IMG/VR virus record: IMGVR_UViG_3300032247_000296
Location: 1 to 26,190 of that record
DNA length: 26,190 nt
Origin: a virus
Lineage: Duplodnaviria > Caudoviricetes
Reading direction: 5' to 3' (one strand)
The notes under the pieces were generated by a model. It saw only the letters and a list, made by a program, of their open reading frames with translations. It made no database searches and was not told where the DNA came from. Shown here in pieces: positions 16,522 through 25,423 of the stretch (positions are counted from its first letter, which is position 1; each line of letters starts with the position of its first letter). The translations under genes and the position numbers were made by a program.

Positions 16522-19500
16522 ATGCCATTACAAATACGTAGAGGCTTAGAATCGGATAGAACAACAATCGTTCCTGCTGATGGGGAGATGTTGTATACCA
16601 CTGACAATAAAACACTTTTTGTTGGTGATGGTGATACTCCAGGCGGAAATCAAGTTGGTGGAGCATTAGATTCAGATGCAAGAACAACTGCTGCTGCTGC
16701 ATTTAATAAAGCAAACTCTGCAAATATTTTAGCACAAAGTTCATATTCTTTTGCGAATAGTGTGAATGTAAAAATAGATTCCGCATATACATTCGCAAAC
16801 ACAGTAAATACTAAGACAGATGCAGCTTTTAGTAAAGCGAATTCTGCAAACGTAATCGCACAAGCAGGATTTGATTTTGCTAACACAGTAAATGTTAAAA
16901 TAGATTCTGCATATACATTTGCAAATACAATCAACACAAAAACAGATGCGGCATTTACAAAAGCAAATTCTGCAAACACATTAGCACAGGCTGCGTTTGA
17001 TGCCGCTAATGCTGCAGGTTCAAGTGTATTCACACAAGCATCTTTTGACAAGGCTAATTCTGCAAACGTATTAGCTCAATCTGCATTTAATAAAGCAAAC
17101 TCTGCAAATGTTTTAGCGCAGAGTGCATACGATACAGCGAATCTTAAATTCAATACTTCTGGTGGTACGATTACTGACAACGTGACTATCACGAATGGCA
17201 AAGACCTAACAGTAACTGGTAACTTGTATGTACAAGGCAATACCATCTCTTTCAATACATCAACTCTTGCTGTACAAGATTCGTTGATTGTTTTGGCTGT
17301 TGGTAACTATACAACAGACGCATTAGATATCGGTATCGCAGGGCATTACAATAATGGTTCAAATGCACACACTGGTATCATAAGAGATTCATCAAACAAA
17401 GAATGGTACTTCTTCAAAGGTTACACACCAGAGTTAACTGGTAATAACGATATTGATATTACACATTCTTCATTCTCTACAGATAATGTTAATGCTAGTT
17501 ACTTCAAAGGTAACTTGATTGGTAATAGTGTAACAGTCGGTGGTATTGAATTAGGTTCTTATACTCAATCTGCTTACAGTAAAGCAAACTCTGCAAACAC
17601 ATTAGCGCAATCAGCATACGACAAGGCTAATTCAGCGAATATATTTACTCAAAGTTCTTATGACTTTGCTAATTCTGTAAATGTAAAAGCTGACTCATCA
17701 TATGCTTTTGGCAACACAGTAAATGTCAAAGTGGATTCTGCTTATGCATTTGCTAATACTGTTAATATCAAAGTTGATTCTGTATATGCTTTCAGTAATA
17801 CAGTAAATCTTAAAGTAGACTCCGCATATGCATGGTCTAATACCATAAACGTAAAAGTAGATTCAGTATATAATTTTTCAAATACAGTAAATATCAAAGT
17901 TGATAGTGCATACGCATTTGCTAATGCAGTCAACATTAAGACAGACTCTGCATTTACAAAGGCTAATGCAGCAAATGTATTGGCGCAATCTGCATATGAT
18001 ACTGCCAATCTAAAGTTTAATACATCTGGTGGCACAATCACTGGTGATACAATAATTAATGCTAACATAAGTGTTACTGGTGCAAATGTGTCTCTTGGTA
18101 ATGTTGCGAATGTTCATATCTATGGTGGTAACACAGGCCAAGTTATTTCAACAGATAATTTTGGCAATCTAAGTTTTATTGATTTACCATCAACAAATAC
18201 AATTACATATACAGCTGCATCAATATCATTAACAAATGGTGTATATGTTTCAGGTTCTGTAACTGACATACAAGTATTAAACGATGGTAACTATTATTCT
18301 ATTACTGACGGCAGTAACACTGGTCCTGCATGGATTATCACAACAACTTTCACTGGTGTAACATCATTCAATAGAGTTGTTTCTAATATTGATTATACAT
18401 TAGCCTCTGGTCACACTGTATATTTCCAACTTTATAATTATGTAACAGCAGTATGGGACAATATTGGGTCATATTCTGGTGCTTCTGGTTATTCACAATA
18501 TGCACTTGAAGTATTAGGATATGCATCATATATTTCTGGTGGCACAGTTCAGGCTCGTTTGTATCATAGTAACACTGGTAATGTTTCACATGCAACAAAG
18601 TTAGATTATTTTGCACTTGAGAAATCATCACAAGGTGCACAAGGTCCAAGAGGACCAACTGGTGCAACAGGCGCTACGGGTGCAACAGGTAATGGTGTAT
18701 CATCTGGTGGTACGACTGGTCAAATTCTAGTTAAAAATAGTTCCACAAACTATGACACTATTTGGGTTGATAATCTTGCATACGTTCAAGCAAATGCTGC
18801 CTTTGATAAAGCTAATTCTGCAAATGTATTGGCGCAGGCTGCATTTGATTATGCAAACACCGTTAACGTAAAAGTAGATTCAGTCTATGCATTTGCTAAC
18901 ATAGCAAACATTAAAGTTGATAGTGCTTACGCATTTTCTAATATTGTTAATGTTAAAGTAGATTCTGCATACACATGGGCTAATACCATAAATGTTAAAG
19001 TTGATAGCGCTTATGCTTTTGCAAACATCGCAAATATCAAAGTTGATAGCGCTTATGCTTTTGCAAATATCGTTAACACAAAAACTGATGCAGCCTTTGC
19101 AAAAGCAAATGTCGCAAATACTATAGCACAATCTGCATATGATACTGCTAACTTGAAGTTTAATACTTCTGGTGGTAACATCACAGATAATGTATTCATA
19201 ACAAATGGCAAAGACCTAACAGTAACTGGTAACTTGTATGTACAGGGTAATACAGTTTCAATCAATACATCAACTCTTGCTGTACAAGATTCGTTGATTG
19301 TTTTGGCTGTTGGTAACTATACAACAGATACATTAGACATTGGTTTTGCTGGTCACTATAACAATGGTGCTAACGCACACACAGGACTAATAAGAGATTC
19401 TGGAAATAAAGAGTGGTATCTGTTTAAAGGATATACACCAGAGTTAGATGCTGGCAACAACATTGATATTACTCATGCGTCTTTTGCAACAGATAACGTC

Positions 19501-20520
19501 AACGCAAGTTATTTTAAAGGTAACTTAATTGCCAATACTGCAACAGTTGGTGGTGTTAATCTATTAACATTCTCACAAGCAGGATTTGATAAGGCTAACG
19601 CTGCAAACATACTTGCACAAAGCGCTTATACATTCTCTAATACAGTTAACGTAAAAGTAGATTCCGCATATGCGTTTGCGAATACTGCTAACATAACAGC
19701 ACAAGCCGCATTTGATAAGGCTAACGCTGCAAACATATTTGCTCAATCCGCATATGCACAGGCTAACTTAGATGTAACAAGTTTGACTGTAACAACTGGT
19801 GTATTTGGTAATGCATCAATCGTTCCTGTTGTTACAGTGCTTGCAAATGGTCGAGTATCATCGGTAACAAATACAACGATTGCTATATCTACCGCACAGA
19901 TTACATCTGGTGTGTTACCATTTGCACAAGGCGGAACTAATGCATCATCATACACAACAGGTGCATTACTAACAAGTAACGGCACTTCTATTATTTCACT
20001 TGCAAATACTGGAACTGCTGGTACATATGGTAATGCAACATACGTTCCTGTTATTACTACAGATGCATATGGTCGTGTAACATCTGTTACCAATACTGCA
20101 ATTACTGGTATAAGTGCTGGTTCGACAAACAGCTTCTCTACGATTCTTGTTTCTGGTCAACCAAACGTAATAGCGAATACCTCTACTTCACCATTGACAT
20201 TAGTTGCTGGTGCTAATATGACCATCACTACTGATGGAACTAGTAATACAATAACATTTGCATCAACTGGTGGTTCTGGTAGTTTCACTGGTGGTGCAGT
20301 GACTGGTAATACACAGTTTACCAACACATCTGTTTCAACGTCAAATACAACTGGCGCAGTGACAATATCTGGTGGTTTAGGTGTATCTGGTAACGTATAT
20401 ACGGGTAGTCATGTTATAACAGGTAATTCAGCAAACGGATTAACTTTTACAGATAACACAAAATTAACAACTGCATATGCAATGTCGATAGTTGCATCAC
20501 AAGGCTGGTTTTTACCATAA
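16522..20520 (+). CDS. long fibre protein with Mtd_N-like N-terminal domain, 14-aa coiled-coil repeats and an internal duplication
   Basis: MPLQIRRG...GEMLYTTD..LFVGDG.TPGG N-terminus; repeats VKVDSAYAFANTVN / AQAAFDKANSANVL; short GXY stretch; STSNTTGAVTISGGLGV near the C-terminus. Confidence 0.85.
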   Translation: MPLQIRRGLESDRTTIVPADGEMLYTTDNKTLFVGDGDTPGGNQVGGALDSDARTTAAAAFNKANSANILAQSSYSFANSVNVKIDSAYTFANTVNTKTDAAFSKANSANVIAQAGFDFANTVNVKIDSAYTFANTINTKTDAAFTKANSANTLAQAAFDAANAAGSSVFTQASFDKANSANVLAQSAFNKANSANVLAQSAYDTANLKFNTSGGTITDNVTITNGKDLTVTGNLYVQGNTISFNTSTLAVQDSLIVLAVGNYTTDALDIGIAGHYNNGSNAHTGIIRDSSNKEWYFFKGYTPELTGNNDIDITHSSFSTDNVNASYFKGNLIGNSVTVGGIELGSYTQSAYSKANSANTLAQSAYDKANSANIFTQSSYDFANSVNVKADSSYAFGNTVNVKVDSAYAFANTVNIKVDSVYAFSNTVNLKVDSAYAWSNTINVKVDSVYNFSNTVNIKVDSAYAFANAVNIKTDSAFTKANAANVLAQSAYDTANLKFNTSGGTITGDTIINANISVTGANVSLGNVANVHIYGGNTGQVISTDNFGNLSFIDLPSTNTITYTAASISLTNGVYVSGSVTDIQVLNDGNYYSITDGSNTGPAWIITTTFTGVTSFNRVVSNIDYTLASGHTVYFQLYNYVTAVWDNIGSYSGASGYSQYALEVLGYASYISGGTVQARLYHSNTGNVSHATKLDYFALEKSSQGAQGPRGPTGATGATGATGNGVSSGGTTGQILVKNSSTNYDTIWVDNLAYVQANAAFDKANSANVLAQAAFDYANTVNVKVDSVYAFANIANIKVDSAYAFSNIVNVKVDSAYTWANTINVKVDSAYAFANIANIKVDSAYAFANIVNTKTDAAFAKANVANTIAQSAYDTANLKFNTSGGNITDNVFITNGKDLTVTGNLYVQGNTVSINTSTLAVQDSLIVLAVGNYTTDTLDIGFAGHYNNGANAHTGLIRDSGNKEWYLFKGYTPELDAGNNIDITHASFATDNVNASYFKGNLIANTATVGGVNLLTFSQAGFDKANAANILAQSAYTFSNTVNVKVDSAYAFANTANITAQAAFDKANAANIFAQSAYAQANLDVTSLTVTTGVFGNASIVPVVTVLANGRVSSVTNTTIAISTAQITSGVLPFAQGGTNASSYTTGALLTSNGTSIISLANTGTAGTYGNATYVPVITTDAYGRVTSVTNTAITGISAGSTNSFSTILVSGQPNVIANTSTSPLTLVAGANMTITTDGTSNTITFASTGGSGSFTGGAVTGNTQFTNTSVSTSNTTGAVTISGGLGVSGNVYTGSHVITGNSANGLTFTDNTKLTTAYAMSIVASQGWFLP
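17116..19545 (+). repeat. internal domain duplication in the fibre gene (approx. 17116-17535 and 19126-19545, offset 2010 nt)
   Basis: AQSAYDTANLKFNTSGG...DNVNASYFKGNLI occurs twice; identical blocks 17194-17234/19204-19244 and 17252-17318/19262-19328. Confidence 0.9.
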
Positions 20521-20528
20521 CATAAGTA
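20521..20528 (+). promoter_or_regulatory. possible late promoter variant CATAAGTA
   Basis: Intergenic, 6/8 match to TATAAATA, ahead of AGGAG and ATG 20551. Confidence 0.35.
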
Positions 20529-20550
20529 AGTACATTAGGAGATTTTTAAC

Positions 20551-20973
20551 ATGGCAGGAAATGCAACCCCAATTTTTTCAAGAATAGGTGCTATTGGTGG
20601 CATCGGTTCTACTACAATATTAACCGCAACTGGTGATTACACTGGTATTGGTGCTAACAATATTTTGATTTTTACAGCAGATGCAACCAACGGAGGATTT
20701 GTACAACGTATTAGATTTAAAGCAATTGGTACTAATATTGCTACAGTAATGCGTATATACATCAACAACGGTACTACCAACGGTACTGCCACTAACAACG
20801 TATTTTATGGTGAAATATCTTTACCAGCAACTACAGGTTCAAACACTGCGGCGACAGTTGATGTTGACTATCCATTAAACATTGCATTACCCGCTGGTTA
20901 TAGATTATATGCTGGTGTTGCAACTACTGTAGCTTCAGGATGGGTAGCTACAGTAATCGCTGGTGCTTATTAA
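20551..20973 (+). CDS. small beta-rich fibre-associated protein
   Basis: 140 aa, AGGAG RBS, Thr/Gly/Ala rich, directly after the fibre gene. Confidence 0.65.
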   Translation: MAGNATPIFSRIGAIGGIGSTTILTATGDYTGIGANNILIFTADATNGGFVQRIRFKAIGTNIATVMRIYINNGTTNGTATNNVFYGEISLPATTGSNTAATVDVDYPLNIALPAGYRLYAGVATTVASGWVATVIAGAY

Positions 20974-20978
20974 AAAAA

Positions 20979-21920
20979 ATGTTAGACTTTAATCATGTTA
21001 TCTCTAATCCAGGTGTTGACATACAAAGTTTCTTTGGTATCAGCAGTACACTCGCAACAGTAGCTGGCAATCAGGCGACAGAATGGCGAACATGGACAAA
21101 ACCAAGAGGTATAAATTGGGTGTATATGATAGGTGTTGGTGGTGGTTCGTCTGGTGCTACAGGAACATTTACTGGCACCTCCGTTGCAAATGCTGGGGCA
21201 GCTGGTGGTTCGTCTGGTTCCCAAAGCACATTGTTAATTCCAGCTATATTTGTGCCAAATGAATTGTTTATCCAACTTGGCTCTGGTGGTAAGGTAACTT
21301 CTGTGATTTCTGGCGCATCTGGACAGGGTGGTGGTACAACAATGGTTGCAGTTGAACCTATTGTTGGCGCAACATCTGGTGCAACTAATTTATTCTTTCT
21401 AATTGCCTCTGGCCAAGCAGGATCAACACCAATGTCTGGTAACTTTCCACTCGCTGGTCGAGGTTGGAGTCAAAACATTGCAGGACAGTCTGGCGGCACA
21501 GCTGGTGCAACACAGAACGGCGGCGGCGGTGCAATCACACTACCAACAACTGGACTCATGGTAACTGGTGGTGCAGGTTCTGGTGGTAAAGATGTTGTTG
21601 GTGCTGCAGGTGGTGCTGGTGGTGCTATTACAGGCCTCGGTTTAGGTGGAACATTTCCAACCTTATCAGGTGGTTCTGCCGCAGCATCTGGTACTAACGC
21701 AGGTAACGGTATTAATGGTGGTATGATAAAACCATACATGTTCTATGGTGGATCGGGCGGTGGTTCAGGTGCGTTTGCTGCTACAGGCGCCGGTTCAACA
21801 GGAAGTTCTGGTGGCAATGGTGGACCTGGATGTGGCGGTGGTGCATCAGGTCCAGGATATACAACAACAGGTCTTCCAGGATGGGGTGGAGACGGATTCG
21901 TAATTATTATAAGTTGGTAA
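20979..21920 (+). CDS. glycine-rich tail/fibre-tip protein, paralog 1
   Basis: ATG at 20979 (MLDFNHV) matches the paralog start; TWTKPRG..VYMIGVGGG, GxxG repeats, C-terminal GGDGFVIIISW. Confidence 0.75.
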   Translation: MLDFNHVISNPGVDIQSFFGISSTLATVAGNQATEWRTWTKPRGINWVYMIGVGGGSSGATGTFTGTSVANAGAAGGSSGSQSTLLIPAIFVPNELFIQLGSGGKVTSVISGASGQGGGTTMVAVEPIVGATSGATNLFFLIASGQAGSTPMSGNFPLAGRGWSQNIAGQSGGTAGATQNGGGGAITLPTTGLMVTGGAGSGGKDVVGAAGGAGGAITGLGLGGTFPTLSGGSAAASGTNAGNGINGGMIKPYMFYGGSGGGSGAFAATGAGSTGSSGGNGGPGCGGGASGPGYTTTGLPGWGGDGFVIIISW

Positions 21921-21923
21921 AAA

Positions 21924-22886
21924 ATGTTAGACTTTAATCATATACTCACAAACCCAAATATAGATGTACAGACATTCATAGGACAAGCACAAACAACTGC
22001 TGGTGCTGCAACAGGTGAATGGAAAACATGGCGTAAACCAAGAGGCGCAAAATTTGTTTACATGATTGCTGTTGGTGGTGGCGCATCTGGTGGTTGCGGT
22101 CTAAACACATCAGCCACAAACTCTGGTGGTGGTCCAGGGGGTGGCTCTGGTGCTCAGAGTACATTAATGATTCCAGCAATGTTTTTACCTGATGTTCTTT
22201 ATATTCAAGCAGGTCTCGGTGGCTCACAACCAGCAACATTAGTTTCTGCTGCGCTTGGTGTTGCTGGAACAATTACTTATGTTGCTCTTGAGCCATGGAA
22301 TACATTGTCTGCTCAATTAACTGTTTTATTCGCTAACGCTGGCGCAGCAACAACAGCAGCCACTACAACAACTGGTGGTACTGGTGGTACTGCTGCCGCT
22401 GTTGCCACTATTGCTAACATGCCACTTGCTGGTCGTGGAGCATATCAGTTCTTCGCTGGACAAGCAGGATCTGCTGGCGGTACTAACGCAACAGCAGGTG
22501 TTGCTCAAACTTATCCAACAACTGGTCTTATGGTTCAGGGTGGAGCAGGTGGTGGTGGTACAGCTGGTGGATCAGCACAAGCTGGTGGCGCAATTACACT
22601 TGCAGGATTTGGTGATAGTTTCCCAGCAATTGTTGGTGGTGCAGCAGCAGTTACATCTACTCCTGCTGGTGCTGGATCTGGTGGAACTATGTTGAAGATG
22701 TTTCAATATACAGGTGGTACTGGCGGTGGGGGTTCAACTCAAACAGCAGGTGGACTTGCAGGCGCTGGTGGAAATGGTGCACCAGGATGCGGAGGTGGGG
22801 GTGCCGGTGGTTCAAATACAACTGTTACAACATTAGGTCGTCCAGGAGATGGTGGTCCAGGTTTCGTATACATATATTCTTGGTAA
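21924..22886 (+). CDS. glycine-rich tail/fibre-tip protein, paralog 2
   Basis: MLDFNHI, TWRKPRG..VYMIAVGGG, PTTGLMV, PGCGGG, GGPGFVYIYSW. Confidence 0.75.
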   Translation: MLDFNHILTNPNIDVQTFIGQAQTTAGAATGEWKTWRKPRGAKFVYMIAVGGGASGGCGLNTSATNSGGGPGGGSGAQSTLMIPAMFLPDVLYIQAGLGGSQPATLVSAALGVAGTITYVALEPWNTLSAQLTVLFANAGAATTAATTTTGGTGGTAAAVATIANMPLAGRGAYQFFAGQAGSAGGTNATAGVAQTYPTTGLMVQGGAGGGGTAGGSAQAGGAITLAGFGDSFPAIVGGAAAVTSTPAGAGSGGTMLKMFQYTGGTGGGGSTQTAGGLAGAGGNGAPGCGGGGAGGSNTTVTTLGRPGDGGPGFVYIYSW

Positions 22887-22894
22887 TATAAATA
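22887..22894 (+). promoter_or_regulatory. T4-type late promoter TATAAATA
   Basis: Perfect consensus, intergenic, upstream of the lysis cassette. Confidence 0.8.
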
Positions 22895-22918
22895 GAAAAC
22901 TAACTATCGGGTAACTAA

Positions 22919-23137
22919 ATGGCTAACGAATTCAAAAAAGAATGTGGTGTAGGAATGTACTGGTGTAACACAGATAAAGTCTGTAAGTCACTTAAAGAAG
23001 ACGCACCAGCAGTCTCAGTTGGTGATGGTTCACGGGTTGCAGGTCTTGGTGTTGGACCAAAGGGTGAACCTGGAGTCAACAAGAAGAAACAATTAACCCC
23101 ATTCCTTACATTTATTAGAAGAAAAGCACCCGTATAA
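22919..23137 (+). CDS. small hypothetical late protein
   Basis: 72 aa; CGVGMYWCNTDKVCK module, LKE, then DAPAVSVGDG..VAGLG..EPGV module. Confidence 0.7.
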   Translation: MANEFKKECGVGMYWCNTDKVCKSLKEDAPAVSVGDGSRVAGLGVGPKGEPGVNKKKQLTPFLTFIRRKAPV

Positions 23138-23583
23138 TGTGGATATTAGAGTGGCTTCCTAACTGGTTGTTCTATGCAATTTTCTTTGCAGGCTTACTAG
23201 GGTTACTAGCAAGTTATGTAATGAAATTCATTCCATTCGTTTACATATACAAAACACCAATTCAATTAGGTTCTATCATTGCAATCGTTTTTGGTACATA
23301 TATGGCAGGTGCTATATCTAATCAAGAGGCATGGGAAGCAAGAGTCAAAGAGATGGAATTAAAAGTTGCAGCCGCTGAAGTGCAATCTGCAAAAGAGAAT
23401 ATCAAGATAGTTGAAAAGATTGTCAATAAGACACAGATTATTAGAACACGTGGTGATGATGTTATTAAGTATGTTGACAGAGAAATTGTAAAGTATGACA
23501 CAAAGTTTGCACCAGGCGGTGTATGTGAAATACCACAAGAATTTATCAAAGCACACAATGATGCAGCCGAGGCACCAAAATGA
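23137..23583 (+). CDS. putative inner-membrane spanin (Rz-like)
   Basis: Two N-terminal hydrophobic segments, a coiled-coil and a C-terminal Cys; immediately upstream of a lipoprotein and the endolysin. Confidence 0.65.
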   Translation: MWILEWLPNWLFYAIFFAGLLGLLASYVMKFIPFVYIYKTPIQLGSIIAIVFGTYMAGAISNQEAWEARVKEMELKVAAAEVQSAKENIKIVEKIVNKTQIIRTRGDDVIKYVDREIVKYDTKFAPGGVCEIPQEFIKAHNDAAEAPK

Positions 23584-23837
23584 AATATATACTACTTCTC
23601 TTGATTGTGTCTGGATGTTCTACAACTGTGCCTGTTACTGCAAAATTTCCTGATGTACCAGAAAGGCTATTAGCAAAATGCCCTCAATTAGAAAAATTAG
23701 AAAACGAAGCAAAGTTGTCCGACATAAGTAAGACGATTACTAATAATTATACGACATATTATGAGTGCGCTGTCAAAGATGATGCGTGGATTGAATGGTA
23801 TCAAACACAAAAACAAATCTTTGAAAGAATCAAGTAA
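23580..23837 (+). CDS. putative outer-membrane spanin lipoprotein (Rz1-like)
   Basis: MKYILLLLIVSGC lipobox; Pro-containing mature part with two further Cys; ATGA/TGA overlap with the Rz-like gene. Confidence 0.7.
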   Translation: MKYILLLLIVSGCSTTVPVTAKFPDVPERLLAKCPQLEKLENEAKLSDISKTITNNYTTYYECAVKDDAWIEWYQTQKQIFERIK

Positions 23838-24451
23838 TGGAATTATCATTAGAACAATTAAAACAACTACTTCCAAAAAATCCATATGTTGCACACTGGC
23901 ATCATGCACTAGAACAATTACTACCAGACTATGAAATCAATACACCACAACGTATTGCTGCTTTCATTGCTCAATGTGCTCACGAATCTGGTGGTTTCAC
24001 TGCACTAAAAGAAAATCTAAATTACAAGGCCGCAACACTACGCAAAATATTTCCAAAGTATTTTCCCGATGATGCGATTGCAGCTGCATATGCAGGCAAG
24101 CAAGAGATGATTGCTAACAAAGTATATGCAAATCGTATGGGCAACGGAGATGTAGATTCTGGTGACGGTTTCCGTTACTGTGGTCGTGGTCTTATTCAAT
24201 TAACTGGTAAATCAAACTATCAAGCATTTGCAGATAGTTTAGAAATGGATGTAGACGATGTTCCTGAATATCTTGCTACTTTTGAAGGTGCAGCTCAATC
24301 TGCATGTTGGTTTTGGGAATCAAATAATCTGAATCAGTGGGCAGATAAAGGCGATATCGTAACACTGACTAAGAGAATAAATGGCGGTACCATAGGACTT
24401 GAGGACCGTATTAAACATTATGAACATGCCTTACACGTTTTAGGAGTTTAA
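23837..24451 (+). CDS. glycoside hydrolase family 19 endolysin
   Basis: AAFIAQCAHESGGF, ENLNY, YANRMGNG, GRGLIQLTGKSNY, SACWFW, TKRINGG. Confidence 0.9.
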   Translation: MELSLEQLKQLLPKNPYVAHWHHALEQLLPDYEINTPQRIAAFIAQCAHESGGFTALKENLNYKAATLRKIFPKYFPDDAIAAAYAGKQEMIANKVYANRMGNGDVDSGDGFRYCGRGLIQLTGKSNYQAFADSLEMDVDDVPEYLATFEGAAQSACWFWESNNLNQWADKGDIVTLTKRINGGTIGLEDRIKHYEHALHVLGV

Positions 24452-24452
24452 T

Positions 24453-24860
24453 ATGGCTGAAGAAAAGAAAAAAGATGAAGACTGGATGCAAAAGAAATGG
24501 CGTCCAGCGATGGGTTGGATGTACATGGTGGTTTGTTTCTTTGATATGGTTATCTTCCCAGTTGCATGGAGTATTTTACAAACTCTTACGCATACACAAA
24601 TTACACAGTGGCAACCTCTGACACTACAAGGTGCAGGTCTATTCCACTTGGCAATGGGTGCCGTTCTAGGTATCGCAGCATTTGGTCGTACACAAGAGAA
24701 GATTGCAGGAACAGCAGCAAATGTTTCAGCACCTGCACCTTCAGCACCTGCAGCAACAGGATTTGGTTCTAGTTTCGATGCAACACCAGCACCAACAGGA
24801 CCTGTCACAGGATTCGGTGGTAAATTAGCACCACCTGCAGCACCACAACCTCCAATCTAA
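24453..24860 (+). CDS. putative holin (GTA 3TM holin-like)
   Basis: KWRPAMGW, hydrophobic segments, GAVLGIAAFGRTQEK signature; Pro/Ala-rich tail; follows the endolysin. Confidence 0.75.
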   Translation: MAEEKKKDEDWMQKKWRPAMGWMYMVVCFFDMVIFPVAWSILQTLTHTQITQWQPLTLQGAGLFHLAMGAVLGIAAFGRTQEKIAGTAANVSAPAPSAPAATGFGSSFDATPAPTGPVTGFGGKLAPPAAPQPPI

Positions 24861-24869
24861 GGAACTGAT

Positions 24870-25070
24870 ATGAAAAATTTATTTGTAGTATTTTTATTGT
24901 CTCTCGTATCTACTGCATTTGCAGCTGAAACTAAACAAGTTTGCCATGATAAACTTGATAAAGCGGGTAAGCCTATTTTTGACAAAAAAACAAGCAAATC
25001 TAAACAAGATTGCAAAACAATCAAAATCCACAAAAAGCTAGAAGGCACAGAAGTACCTGTGAAAAAATAA
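24870..25070 (+). CDS. small secreted basic protein
   Basis: Signal peptide MKNLFVVFLLSLVSTAFA|AE; Lys-rich mature part with two Cys. Confidence 0.7.
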   Translation: MKNLFVVFLLSLVSTAFAAETKQVCHDKLDKAGKPIFDKKTSKSKQDCKTIKIHKKLEGTEVPVKK

Positions 25071-25382
25071 ATGGCAACTACAGTAGAGAGAATAGGTATC
25101 GTTGAGACTAAGGTAGAAAATCTCAATGAGAAGATGGATGAACTTAAAGTAGATGTTAAGGAAATGCATGATTGCCTTGATAAGACTAGAGATGGCTTGA
25201 CTGAGAAGTTGGAACAGATGTATAATGCATCATGTACGCAACATGAATCTTTGGCAAAAGAAATCTCTGAGTTGAAGAATCAGAGAGATAAGTGGATATG
25301 GTGGGCAGCAGGTGCAATGGCAACATTCGGTTGGGCAACTGGCCACGCGGATGTTATCCTAAAGGTTTTACATTTGCTTTAA
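25071..25382 (+). CDS. coiled-coil protein with a C-terminal membrane segment (XhlA-like architecture)
   Basis: ERIGIVETKVENL heptads; WIWWAAGAMATFGWA hydrophobic segment near the C-terminus. Confidence 0.6.
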   Translation: MATTVERIGIVETKVENLNEKMDELKVDVKEMHDCLDKTRDGLTEKLEQMYNASCTQHESLAKEISELKNQRDKWIWWAAGAMATFGWATGHADVILKVLHLL

Positions 25383-25389
25383 TTTTTAC

Positions 25390-25418
25390 TTGACAAACAC
25401 CTTAGGGTGTGTTATATT
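25390..25418 (+). promoter_or_regulatory. sigma70-type promoter TTGACA-N17-TATATT
   Basis: -35 TTGACA at 25390-25395, 17-nt spacer, -10 TATATT at 25413-25418. Confidence 0.8.
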
Positions 25419-25423
25419 ATGTT

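Noticed and set aside
16522-16700. Diversity-generating retroelement suggested by the Mtd_N-like domain
   Set aside because: No reverse transcriptase in the window, and repeat differences are synonymous rather than adenine-specific TR/VR changes.
17560-19140. CRISPR-like periodic repeats
   Set aside because: The 42-bp units are degenerate, in frame and coding, with no unique spacers or cas genes.
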